Source of the DNA: Hyphochytrium catenoides | Taxonomy: Eukaryota > Protista > Hyphochytriomycota | Direction of reading: 5' to 3' | Length of the DNA stretch: 64,000 nucleotides | Assembly (NCBI GenBank): GCA_900088475.1 | Contig: FLMG01004054.1 | Span: forward strand, 13,733 to 77,732 | Shown here: in pieces, positions 12,801-24,600 of the stretch | Numbering within the stretch: the stretch's first letter is position 1 | Layout: every line of letters begins with the position of its first letter | The notes under the pieces: model-generated | Told to the model about the DNA's origin: nothing | The model's database searches: none | What the model saw: only the letters and a program-made list of their open reading frames with translations | Program-made: the position numbers and the translations under genes

Positions 12801-14646
12801 AGAGGAGCGGAAATCGTTGAGGCTCCGACAGAAGCATCAGGCAACAGCTGACGCCGTATCGAATATGACCGAGAGGCTAAGGGATCTAGGCATCCTTCCG
12901 TAAGTGATATATGTCTTCCTCACGAAATGCGACGGGGCAGCAACTTAACAGAGCAATGGAGGGTAGAAGAGGGTAATGGGCCCGAGACCTGATGCCTGTC
13001 TAAACAGTAGTATCCTCGCGTGTGCAAAAATGGACTAATATTGACAATGGTAACACGGTCACTTCAGGTCAGAGCCGTCCTCATTAGATCAAGAGGAGTC
13101 TGGTGCTGGCTCACTGAAGCAGGAGGGCGAACGTCAAGATGACTTGAGTCGTGGTGGTGACGGTGCAAGCAGTCCTCATATCTTTGAGAGGGAGGTCGAA
13201 AAAGTCGCAGACAGAGAACACGGGGGAGACGAAGAGGCTCCTCCGGTCTTCCAGAGCGAATCCCCAACCTCCATTAGTGCTCGCTCTATCAGACTCAAGA
13301 ATAGTGCCCCTGAGGTGAAGACTGAAAAAGATAAACATGCGCTTAGCGGCCAGGGTTTGTCGAGGAGTGTGGAGAGCCTCAGGCGGTCCAGCACGGAGGG
13401 GCAGGGGGTATCGCGATCTCTCTCCGCCTTCATCTCGGGTCACTCTTCGCTTCAGCCAGCGAGGGAGCTCAACGTGTCTTATTCTACAATCCCGAAAGGT
13501 TACAGAAGGTCCTCCCAAACTGTTCACCCCTCGACCTCTCCCGCTAGCTCGTTAGATGGAGAAGTGAACGTTTCGTACTCGGCATTCATCTCTGGTTATG
13601 GCACGGGTACTACTTCTGCAGAAGAGGAAACTGTAGAAAAGAAAAGCAGCGCAGGTGGAGCTGAACAACTTACGGCTGTAGACGTTTCATACTCTACTTT
13701 TATTCCTGGATACACCTCCATAGCGAGGACATCCACTGGGCTGATGGAGGGAGATGTGAAATTGAAGAATGAAAGTAAGGGAGAGGATAACGATCTGGAG
13801 GTAATGGACATATCTTCACCGGAAGGGACCCTTATAGCTTCGAAGGCCAGCTCAGAGCTTCTCAGCAAGGTGGAAAGGGGGCTAAGGAGAAGGAGCAGTA
13901 CTGGCTCTTTGCGAGATGGGGACCAGTCTCGCGATGCGGGATTTGATACTCTAGCTCTCTCACGATCTATGGATATAGCTGCGATTCAGGGGACGGATGT
14001 GAACGCATCCTTCAGTAACTTTATCACGGGGTATAAGATAAGGAACCTCTCTCAAGTCGAGGCTGGTTTCTCCGACTCCTTCGTGAAAGCTCATAAAGCC
14101 AATGAGGGAGTTACTAATGAGGCCAAACGTGAGGAAGCAGAACTCGAGAAGGGTAGTGAGGGAGTAGCCCCTCTAGCTCCAGGGCTGCTGGAGATATTAC
14201 GAAAGGGTTCTACACCCCGGCCTGATACTGAAAAGCAGGAAAAAGATAAGCCAGGCAGTGTTGGTGCAGGGGATGTGGCCGTTGTAACCTCGCCGGGTAC
14301 GGATTTGGCACAGATAGAGAAGGCTCTTGAGACCGTAGAGATCGCTGGAAAAACGGCTGTATCTCAACTTCAAGCCTTCTCTGCACTGCGTGGGACGAAC
14401 GAGACCGAGGAACAAAGGGCGACACTAACAACAATGGCCATGCGACTTCGTTCTGTTTACGAGGATATCGGGAGAACTTTAGAAGAACTCGAGACCCAAG
14501 TAGGTAAAGTGGAAGCGACAGACCGGGAACCGATTATAGGGGAAGAAAGTAATATTCCTTCGGAGCGGATGGAAGCGCTAGTGGACAAATATTCTGATAG
14601 GCTCGTGGAAGCAGTCATCGCCAAACTAAAACATATACAGGAATAG
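6801..14646 (+). CDS. MAPKBP1: MAPK-binding protein 1 / WDR62-like WD40-repeat protein (multi-exon)
   Basis: N-terminus LTLERVLGIT...TGEVAYPAGCVVVIY...[60 protein letters not shown] and GHSELITGVKF are characteristic of MAPKBP1/WDR62. Exons are linked by GT-AG introns. The long low-complexity C-terminal exon ends in a helix (LVDKYSDRLVEAV). Confidence 0.9.
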
Positions 14647-14679
14647 TGGTCACTGAAGACGTTAGCCTAATGACTGTCA

Positions 14680-14701
14680 NNNNNNNNNNNNNNNNNNNNN
14701 N
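14680..14701. other. Assembly gap (run of N)
   Basis: Run of n characters between two convergent 3' ends. Confidence 0.99.
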
Positions 14702-14833
14702 ACGATTTATAGCTGCTTTTGCATGCCATTTAGCTCACAGCGGAAGTGGCAAATAATAGCTTGATGAGTAGAAATAAATAACTAGACGCCTATCATCAGA
14801 CTATTTTTCATCCATGGCCAGGACGAAAGTGGC

Positions 14834-15580
14834 CTAGTCTTCAGCTGCAAGTCCGTCATATGGCGAAAGGCCGTCCTTGTTCTCTATAGTGTCATCCGCA
14901 CCCTTCTCAATGAGGAACTCGCCAATTGTTCCTTCTCGGTCGTATGCCATAGCGTAGTGCAGAGGGGTGTTACCTAACAGAAATCAAAAGGGAGAGACCC
15001 ATCGGAGGAGAGAAATAAGGAAGATTAGTCTCACGCCATCGTACGATGCGGTATCGGACGCCTAAACAAGGTAAGTCTTTAGCTCTCTTTTGTGCTAGTT
15101 CTCCCTCCCTCTAAAGCATTATCCTGCTGTGGTACATTCTGCACTATTATGTACCTCTCTGATTCCTATGGTTGACGTTTGCGCCTCGTGCCAACAGCAT
15201 CTCTGCCATCTTGAGGTTCGTCTGCTGGCAGGCAACGACAAGAAGTGTATTCCCGTTCTCGTCCTCCGCATTGACGTTGAACCCTTGGTTAAGACTCTCC
15301 TCGACCAGCTTCAGACGTCTATTTCGGCATTGGGAGAAGACGGTCTCAATAGTGGGGACCTTGGCTTTCTCCCTTAATTCTGCGCTTTGTTGCTCTTGCT
15401 CTAACTCCGCTTTCTGGGCCTTCTCTTTGACTGAGAGTGGCCGCATTTTATCCAGAGCGACGAGGATCTTGCGAACATGAAGCTTGTGCTCGACACCTTG
15501 AACAATATCAAAGGAGAAAATGAGAAGAAAAAGCGTTTTTGCTCACTGTAAAGGAAGACTGAAGCGATAGGTGGGCCGCT

Positions 15581-15615
<35 letters not shown>

Positions 15616-18600
15616 AGGAAAGAAAGAAAGAAAGAAAAGAGATAGCGAGAGAGAAAAAGAGAGGCAAAAAGAGAGAAAGAGACACCGGATAGAGACGCAC
15701 TAAGGGGAAAAAAGGAAAGGCACATAGATAACGTAGCTTGGGAGAATGGGAAGACTAAAATAGAAAGTGCAGTTTGGGTACCGAGGACGTCTCTCATGTC
15801 TTCCGCCCTTAGCTCAAGCAAGAACTCTCCATCCACGGAAGCCTCGGTGAATGCTTGCTTATATTGCGACAGAGAGAGTGTGTCCAGCCATCGACCCACA
15901 TCCTCGACCGTCCAGTCCTTCACTTGCGCAGGGAAGTCTTGTTCTAGGGCTTTTCTTGCCTCTTCAGCTTCTTTCTTTTTCTTCTCCAACTCCTTTTCCC
16001 TCTTCTTTTGGCTCATCTCTTTTGCCTCCATTAGCGCCTCTACATTCTTGTTCTTTGCTCGAGGAATGTTGGCGGCTGCAGCGGCTGCAGCTGCGGCTGC
16101 AGCGGTCTCTGCAGAGGACGAGACTGCCGAGTTGGTTGTGTCGGAGTTGATTTGCCTTAAGTTCTTGAGCATATTCATGGAGCTCATGTAGGACAAAGAC
16201 ATTGACTGCAGGGAAGTAGTAGTTAGTTTGGAAAAGAACATTACATGGTATTGTTAGACGGGCAATGAGTATCGCAGGAAAGTGAAGAGGGAAATCGAAG
16301 ACAGAGAGAGGTAGTACGAGAGATTCGGGGACAGAAGCATTTCAGAAGAGGTTCCAGTCAGTTTAGCTTCACAAGGAAATCGTAAGAGAGCTGTTTCTTC
16401 AGGTCACGATATGAAGCAGCAGGAAGAGGGCATGTGGAATAGCGGAGAGAGAGGCTGTCCACGGGTACTAGTCAATAACCATGGAGACAAGAGTAAAAAG
16501 GAATCTCTTGGGCGAGTCATTGGAACTTTGGAAGAGGTTTAGGAGTCGAGAGGTAATAAAATATAAAGGATCCCAGGATCTAGTAGATACCTACCATGAA
16601 CTGAAACTTCATTAGCTCCTCCGTGCTCTGGAAGATTGCCTGACTCTTTTTCTCGTTCTCTTGCGCCCGAACTGCGGTAGCAGCAGCAGCGGCAGCGGAG
16701 GTTGCAGTAGCTGTTTCCAACTCAATGCCTAAGCAAATGGGTTAGATAGGTTTGAGCTATGTAGATCAAGACGAGCAACTAAGGCGAACCCTTCGCGCAG
16801 GAACAGTGCTTTTCTTCCTAAGCAACTTGCGGACCTTACGCTCACGAGGTCCTAGATTATGCTCCGACTCCTTCTCGCCTACCTTTTTCTCTTAGGCTAT
16901 CCAGCTCTCTCTTCTGCTCCTCGAGTAGTTCCATTAAGTTCTTCTGCAGTCGCCCAAACTCTCGCTCCTTCCTTATTCTTGTGGCTTCCATATCTGCTAT
17001 TCTCTCTTCTAATGCTTGGAGTGCATTCTTTTTACTCTCAACCTCTCCATAGACCGACGTAAACTGGGCCTCCAGCTCCCTCTTCTTCCGCTCTCTTTCT
17101 GCCCTTTTCAACTGTATGGCCAGCTCTAAGGCATAACTTTCTTGCTCCGCTCTTCCACCTCTCTGACCAGGTGTCTGCGGCTTCTGAGGGCTCTTGTTGC
17201 CGTCACTGGATGTACAACACACCTGAGCTTGTAAACTACGTGCAAGCAACGAGGAAGTACCGCGGAAGAAGGAAGGAAAGAGAGGGAAATGACAAGACAA
17301 CGGAAACGAATGGAAAGAAAGAATCAGGGTTGCTGGATGGAGATGAAAACGTTATCTTATTGGTCAAGGTTCTCACGCACCTGTTCTGACTCAGGCTCCT
17401 GCCTCCTCCTTGCGCCATCTTTTGCTCCTGTTCCTGTGTCATGGCCTGAAGGTCCCGCTCGATCTGATCAATCTCCCGTAGCTCCTGCTCAAGAACGGAA
17501 AGCTCCTTCTCCGAATCCTACCAAGACAAAGGTGAGCTCACCGTCTTATCGGAAAGAGAGTGAATAATGGAGCTGTAGCAGGGCAGAGGCTGCATGAAAA
17601 TCGCAGAAAGGTCAGCATGTGCAAAAGGTCGTCCCGAACGCGCATATGCAAGTTAGAAAAGCATCCTCGGCTTGAGGATAATGAAGTGAATGGGTTATGA
17701 GTACTGCCCAGAGGAGGTAGATTAACAGCAACATGGAACCACCACTTTCGGTAGTGCGCTCCGTAGGGCCGGCGTAAGCCAAAGCTGGCGCATACCTTAA
17801 GGCTGAGGTGAATCTGGCTGACTCTATCCTCTGCCTGTTCCTGAGAGCGGTGAAGAGCGTCTATCTCTTCCTGCTGCCTCTGAAAGGCGAGCTTAGACTC
17901 TTCTATCATACGTAGACCCAATGACAATCGTTCGGGTCCTGAAGGGCAAGGAAGTCAGAAAAGTCGTAGACTATACGTAGCCGCAAGTGTAAATTGCTTT
18001 TGGAAGCAACAGGCCAGGGTCAGAGACAAAAGTGAGGGGTGTACCGGGAGGGGTGTGCTGCCACTCTCTTTGCCTGGTGGCTCGCTTTCTTCCCAAGTGC
18101 CCTCGATATATTCTCTGCACTTCAGTAGCAGCCATCTCAAGAATCCGTCTAGAGGAGGCGTCAAAGCGTGTAAAGGTTCAGTGCAAATAGACAGCCTTGA
18201 AAGTAAAACAACCAAATAGGCTGCACATCACCAACGAAGTATAGAGATAAGATAGAGAGCTGCACAAAGCTCACCTTTCTCTGTATCTGTCCCTTTCTCT
18301 CTTCATCCGGTAGGTCGCCTGTATTTTGGTAGCGCTTTCGTCTTGAACAATAGCCAACTTTTGCCTATTCCACTCTCTCTTGGCATCTTTCCTGCCCAGA
18401 TGTCCACGGAATATTCTTTGTATGACTCTCGAGGCCTTATCTTTCCTCTTTAACCTTGCCCTCTCTCTGCCTCTATGCCCCCTGTATACTTTTTCAATGT
18501 TGACAGCAGCATCATTCTCTCTTTGCTCTTTCCTCTGCTTCTCCCTGAGTCTCTTGGCCCTCTTTCTTCCAAGATATCCTCTTCCAATTCTGCAGAGCGT

Positions 18601-21600
18601 ATGAGCTGCCTCCTGCTCTTGCTCTTCCCTCTCCTTTTGTCTTCTTAGCTCCAGACATCGCTTTCTCCCCATATATCCTCGGTATGCTGCCTGAATGCGT
18701 GTGCAGCAGTAGGACTGATGCCTCTCTTTCTCTTGTGCTGCAAGCAGGGCCATATGTCGCTTTCTTTCTTGATTCGCCTGCATCATCTGGGCGAAGAGAC
18801 ATCTCTGAGCGTGAGCATCTGAACTTTGCGTCTAACAGCTTCAAGCTTGAGACCGTCTAGAAGCTCTTCCAGTCTCTCATATGTCCCTACCACTACCTCA
18901 CCATCCGTATGTCTGCGCGTGGGAGATGGTGTACTCCGTCCTATACCAAATCCCCATTCCTTTATAGTTCTAGTGTTAGCCGGTTCTTCTCCTTACCTCT
19001 TGTTTGACCTTCTCGTATTCTTCTATCTTTAGGATGCCCAGGCGGCTCATCTCTGCCTCTTCTTTCTCCATCTGATCAAAGATGTTGGAAAGCTCAAGCC
19101 TAGACACGACGAACGATTTTTCAAAATCGACAGTTGCGAACGGCAGAGTGGCATCTGGAATGCCGAGTCTCCAAGAACTATCGATAACCTTGCAACTCAC
19201 CTCTTAGGAAATAGTGTTGGTGGTTCCAGAGGTTGTGGCCTCTCCATGATAGGCGTAGAAGAGTACAGAGCTTGGGTGGGAGCAACAACTTTCGTTTCTC
19301 CTCCTTGTGGTCTTGAAGCTGAGAGAAAGGTGGCGGCCATTGGCAAAGCCAGAGTAGGAGGGGACGAAGGACGAGGTTCAGGGGAGAAGGAGTTACTGCT
19401 CATTTCCTTCTTCTTGACCTCCTCCCCGCGAAGGAAATCGTCTGCGTCTCGAGGCTGGGCCCCCATCGACACAAGAGTCTTAATGTTTGTGCCATGAATG
19501 TCCTGATCAACTCTGGAAGGCAGCAGCAAGAGAAGTCAGTCAAAATATCGTTTGACGAGTTGCAAAAAAACGGTATAAGTAAGGAGAGAAGGCTAAAGCT
19601 TAGAATTCAAGGCGATGATGTAACATTGGAGGCAACGTGCAAGAAGGAAAGATTAACGCCGCAAGAACCATAAAGCAACGTGGCGGCATTTGCGTCGAAG
19701 AGAGTGCTGCGCAAAAGACGGAAGTTAGTAGACAAGAGCGGGGCACTGAGAAACACGATAGGAAAAAGTGACTTCACTGCTCAAGCTAGTAATGCATCGC
19801 TCAAGTACCTTTGCACAGTTCTCTCTATGACTTCAAAGACCTCTCGTCTTGTCTGCTTCCTGTTTGACATCTCCAGTTCGAGAGCACGGATCTTTGCAGC
19901 ATCCTCCTCCGCCCACTGTTTCCGTCTACGTTCTTGCTCCTCTTTTAGTCTTCTGATGTACTGATCTTCCTCTTCAATGAGTAAGTCCTTCCCTTTCACC
20001 TCTTGCTCTCTCTCAATCTCAGCTTGAAGCTGCTCGCGCTCTTTTATAATAGATTCTATAAAGTTCTTCCTGTTCTCGATTTCTTCGTCTGCATGAATTG
20101 ATCGCGCAGGCGATGGAGCTGCTAAAGGAATAGACGGCAAAGGCGGGACTGCATGTGAGTCTCTCAACCCGCTATCATTGACCTCCACTTTTGATCCTGC
20201 ATCCGCCTCCTGTTTTGCAGAGTCCTGCAGCGAACTTTCTTGTCCAGATGATAAGACGTCTGAAAGAGCAGAAGGAAGACCCGGAGACGTGACGGGTGAT
20301 GGAGGGGATAGAGATTCCGATGGAATCTCGCTATCCTCCTTGGGCAGCTCCTCTGTACGGCCCAAGCGGTCAAGTTTACTATTCAAGGAAGAGGAGGACG
20401 ATGCCTCTAGAACAGCCCCGAGAAAGTCAAGCACCTCCTTCTTTCTCTCCTGTCTAATCTCATGTCCTCCTTTCATCCATAGAACAAATGTTCCGTGAGG
20501 CCTTTTCAGCACCTCAGTGACCTTCTCCTTTGCTTTGACCGTCAAGCGCCCAGCTTCATCTAAGCCACCTTGGTTCTTTCCGGCACCCCCTGCGGCTTCT
20601 TTTTCTTGTTCCCCATAAGACCATTCGTGGAGTGCTGCCCTCCCTTCAACGAAAGGGTCGACGTTAGAAGCACTTATGAGCAGGTTGTCTGTGGCTTGTA
20701 GTGCGAGGATGGGACACGAGATCTTTGGCAGTTGCTTCCGCATATCTACGCCATGTAGTGCGGACTTGCAAACACGAATTCGACCCTGCAGCAGATTTGA
20801 GGTGGAACCATAATCAGTAAGCGACGAGAGAGAAGAATAAGGGCTTTAGATAGAGCGCAGAAGGCGATAGAATTGACTAGCCATGGGAGAGGGATTCTCC
20901 GAGAACATAGACAGCTGTTCCATGGCAAAAGGAGAGGTTTCTTAAACTAACTAAGCGCAGGGCTCAGTACGTCGTCTACAATCTTCGACAGGCGAGAAGA
21001 AATCTGACAAAATTGTCAGAACATAGGGAGGCCAAGTGAGGAGACATTGCGAAAGACTAGGAAAATTGAGGCCTTGTTAACAGAGAGGCACAACAAAGAG
21101 CAGTTGGGATACCGAGAACTTCTGCGGGCCCTTACCTCCAGCGTGATCGGGTTGGTTATGGCCGTGTAAATGTTTAGAGCAAGGTTCTTGTCCACCCTCT
21201 GGAGGTAGTCATCCGAGAAGATAAACTTTGAGAAAAAAGAGATCGGCAAATCTGGGCGTTTGTTAGAGAGGCAGCCGAAGACATTGATGGAGCTGTGCAA
21301 GATAGCAGCGAGCTGAGCGTCCACCCGGGCAAAGCCGTTGAGAAGGATGAGAGACTTCATGGAACTTCTCAAGCAAATACGCAGATTATGCAAGGACTGC
21401 AGGTTGGGCTTAACATCATTGGTTGTAGGGTCCGAGGACTTCAGACCGTCCGCGCACACATTCTGTGCAGCGAAGCACGAGGCAATGTTGGCACCATTAC
21501 CGATACCAACTAGATGGAAAGGTAGCTGCAGAATAGGCATTTCTCCCTTTGTATGAATATGGCTAATAAGTTCGAGAAGGCGGTCTGCCTGCCATTGGTT

Positions 21601-24600
21601 GTTCATTTTTTCTCCTGAGAGAGACGCATCAAACTTCGTGTCCGCCTGTGCTGGGTAGTTGTATGCCAGGATCTGGGAAGAATAACAGAAAAAGATCAAA
21701 GGGATCCGCTACTTCCCAGACTGTATACAAGGGAGTAACGATCAGGGCTAAGCGCTACGGATAATTAGCTTCTCGCCTCTCTTTCTCTTTCTCTTATTTT
21801 TCCCTTCCCTAGCTCGTCTGTCGGCACTGAAGCCAAAGATGAGAAAGACAACACGATGATGGGTTTGTGATGCTTGCCTAATATTCCCTTACCTGACAGC
21901 CGGCAAACGCAGTAGAAAGTGGCTTCAAAAACACCAATGTGCTCTCTAGGGTGTCGAAGAAGTCATGAACCACAACCAAGCTGCAAGCCTGCCCTGAGAA
22001 GTCCGGGGATCCCAGTATGATATAAGGTAGCTCAGTAGCACCGTCTGCACAGGTAAAGAGCTTCGGCACCCAGACGGAGGAACCAGTCTCACCTCCAGGC
22101 ACAGCTGCTAACTTCTCCATGAAGTTCTGAAAGGTGCAGAAAAGAGAGACCGTGAACTCTTTGAAGGTAGGATATAGCACGTACACGCTTTCTGTCCCAT
22201 CGCTGACCCTCGTACTCATAACGCTGTCGTCTTGTTTGCCTACCCCGTGGTTTACCATAAAATAGGTACTGCTCGCTATATCTCTCTGTCTCTCTCTCGC
22301 ACATATGTACATCTATGGGATTCCACCAGTATGTACCTTCTGTGCGTTTCTCTTCGCGGCGTCCACAGCCTTTTTCTGCTTCACCTCTTCATTGTTTGGT
22401 GCGACAGGACGGCCAGTCTCCCCTTCTGGCTTAATCGTCATTCTAGATATCGGAGGGAAGAGGTTATCTGGGGGCCCCGATGGTCCTTTCTCAAGTTCTT
22501 CTCTGGAATCCTGCAAAAAAGCTGCAAGGTGTTTGAGGCGCTCGTGGCCTTTGCCATGGCTCCAAGCGTAAGCCTCAAGCACGTTCGTGATCCTAGTACC
22601 ATAAGTAACTCAGTCTGTCTGTGTCGCGCATGGGGGGGAAGAAAGAAGGTTTGGAGAGCTAGAGACGCAAGGGAAGCAGTCAAAAGGTAGACGGACGGTA
22701 ATGAGAGAGCAAATGATACTGGCTCTCAGGCGCTAGAAAATGCCAATACACGAACGATTCAGTCGACCCGGTGGAGGAGACTAAGGCATACTGCAAGTGC
22801 AGAGAAGGTTGAGAAGACGTTGCACGAGACAAAAGCAAGAGACAAACAATAGCAGTAGATAGGAAGAGGCCCGCAATCTTTCGTAGCTCCGTCAAAGAGC
22901 GACCAGACTGCTCCCGGCACAAATGTGCTGGTTCACCCTCGATGAGTTGATATCGTACCAGGCACAAAGCTTCGCTGCGCAGTGACTGATGGGCTCGATG
23001 GCAGCAGGATTGAAGCGTGGGTTCCTTACGTAAGGCTCTATCAGCCGCAGCTTCTTTTCTGTGAGTCCTTGCACCTCGAAGGAAGAGAGAAGAGCCAGAA
23101 ACTTCTCTCCGTTAGCCAGCTTCTTCCTTGCTTCTGGCCACCCGACGACATCTTCTCTCTCCCCTAGCATAAGGAGGAGGACCGTGGCTACCATGGACAC
23201 CGCCGGCGGGGGATTCTTAAAACTTCGGAGCTCTGCTATCTCTCCCTTATTCAACTTAGCAAGACTCAATGCAGCTCTGTCAAGTGCTGCCTGCGTTTCT
23301 TGCTCAGAGGATTTGCTAGAGGAAAGGGAAAAAGAGTTCAGAAGAGATATTGAGAAAGGACCATGAGCTAAGAAAGATGGGATCCCCTTGTTTGGGAAAC
23401 AGCTTCCAAAGTACAGTCACTTCAGAACAACCCTGTACAAGGGCGAGAAAGCATTGCGCGCCGAGAAGGATCAGGTTATGATAAGGAGTAGTAGAATTAG
23501 GACGAACAAGCGTAAGGAAGGTTAAGACGAGTCAGACCGGACAGGCAGACAAACTAGACTAAAAAGAGGGTAACAGCCCGCCTTCAGAGGACCGACGTGC
23601 AGCATGCACCTCAAACCTAGAGATCAGGATCCCCATTCTTACTTACCCGACTCCAAACCTCTCGCTATCTTTGTCCTTCTTCCCCTTCTTACTGGCCTGG
23701 ATTTTAGCTCGGGCCTGCTCCCTGGCCTCTTCTATCATGTCATACACTGCGAAACAATTGCGGCAGATGGCTACCTGCTGGTAGTAAACGCCCGGAAACT
23801 CCTCGGCCAGAGTAGCTAAAGTTGGCACAGTCCGCCGAAAAGGGTGCATTTAGAGGAAACCATGTGCAGTCATCCAGCGGATGATGTCAAAGGCTCCGAT
23901 AAGACGTAAGGAAACTGAAGTCTACTTCGAGTTATGCTAGAGCTAAACGGGTAGCCATAATCGCAACGAAGGTGTTCAGAGTAGAGAGGGCTGCGAGAGA
24001 AGCGGAAAGAGAAGGGACTTACAGTCTTCTGCATCTTCGGAAAGGTAGTCACCTTTTTCCTTTCTCTCATAACGTCGCAACAGAAGATCAACTAAGTTTT
24101 TCTCCTGTCTCGCCTGAACGATGTCTTTGAAGGGTATCTTAAACGTCTCAGAGCCAGACAAGGCCCGTTCGTCCCTGATGTCTGCTCCCACGGCACCCCT
24201 TACGTGCCGCTCCTGAACAGGAGCCAAATAGTATATGAGATTAGAGAGGAAGGCAGCCAGACGGTGCATAGGAGGGGGTGTACGTCCTCTCAACATGTGG
24301 CAAAAAAAGAGGAGCACAGACTGTTGCGACTCCGGTATGCATTGTGGGGGACAAAAGATAGATGCATACAGAAGGAGGCGCGCATACCATATTCGAGTCA
24401 CCCATGATTCGCTTAAGCCTGGCCTCTGAGATCTTAGTCTTTATTCCCAAGTGAAGGTCTTTCTGCGCACCGTCAGCATCCAGCTGGGGATAATGGGTGG
24501 AGTGGTGGGGCAGGAAAAGTTAGTCCACACAAGAGGAGCTTCATAAGAAGAGTCGACCCAACAGATTGGCTGAAGAAGGAGCAACTTGTGCGGGGTGTAG

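Noticed and set aside
22892-23269. Dynein heavy chain gene
   Set aside because: Only the stalk-tip segment is present; no AAA+ Walker motifs or dynein tail in the surrounding exons.
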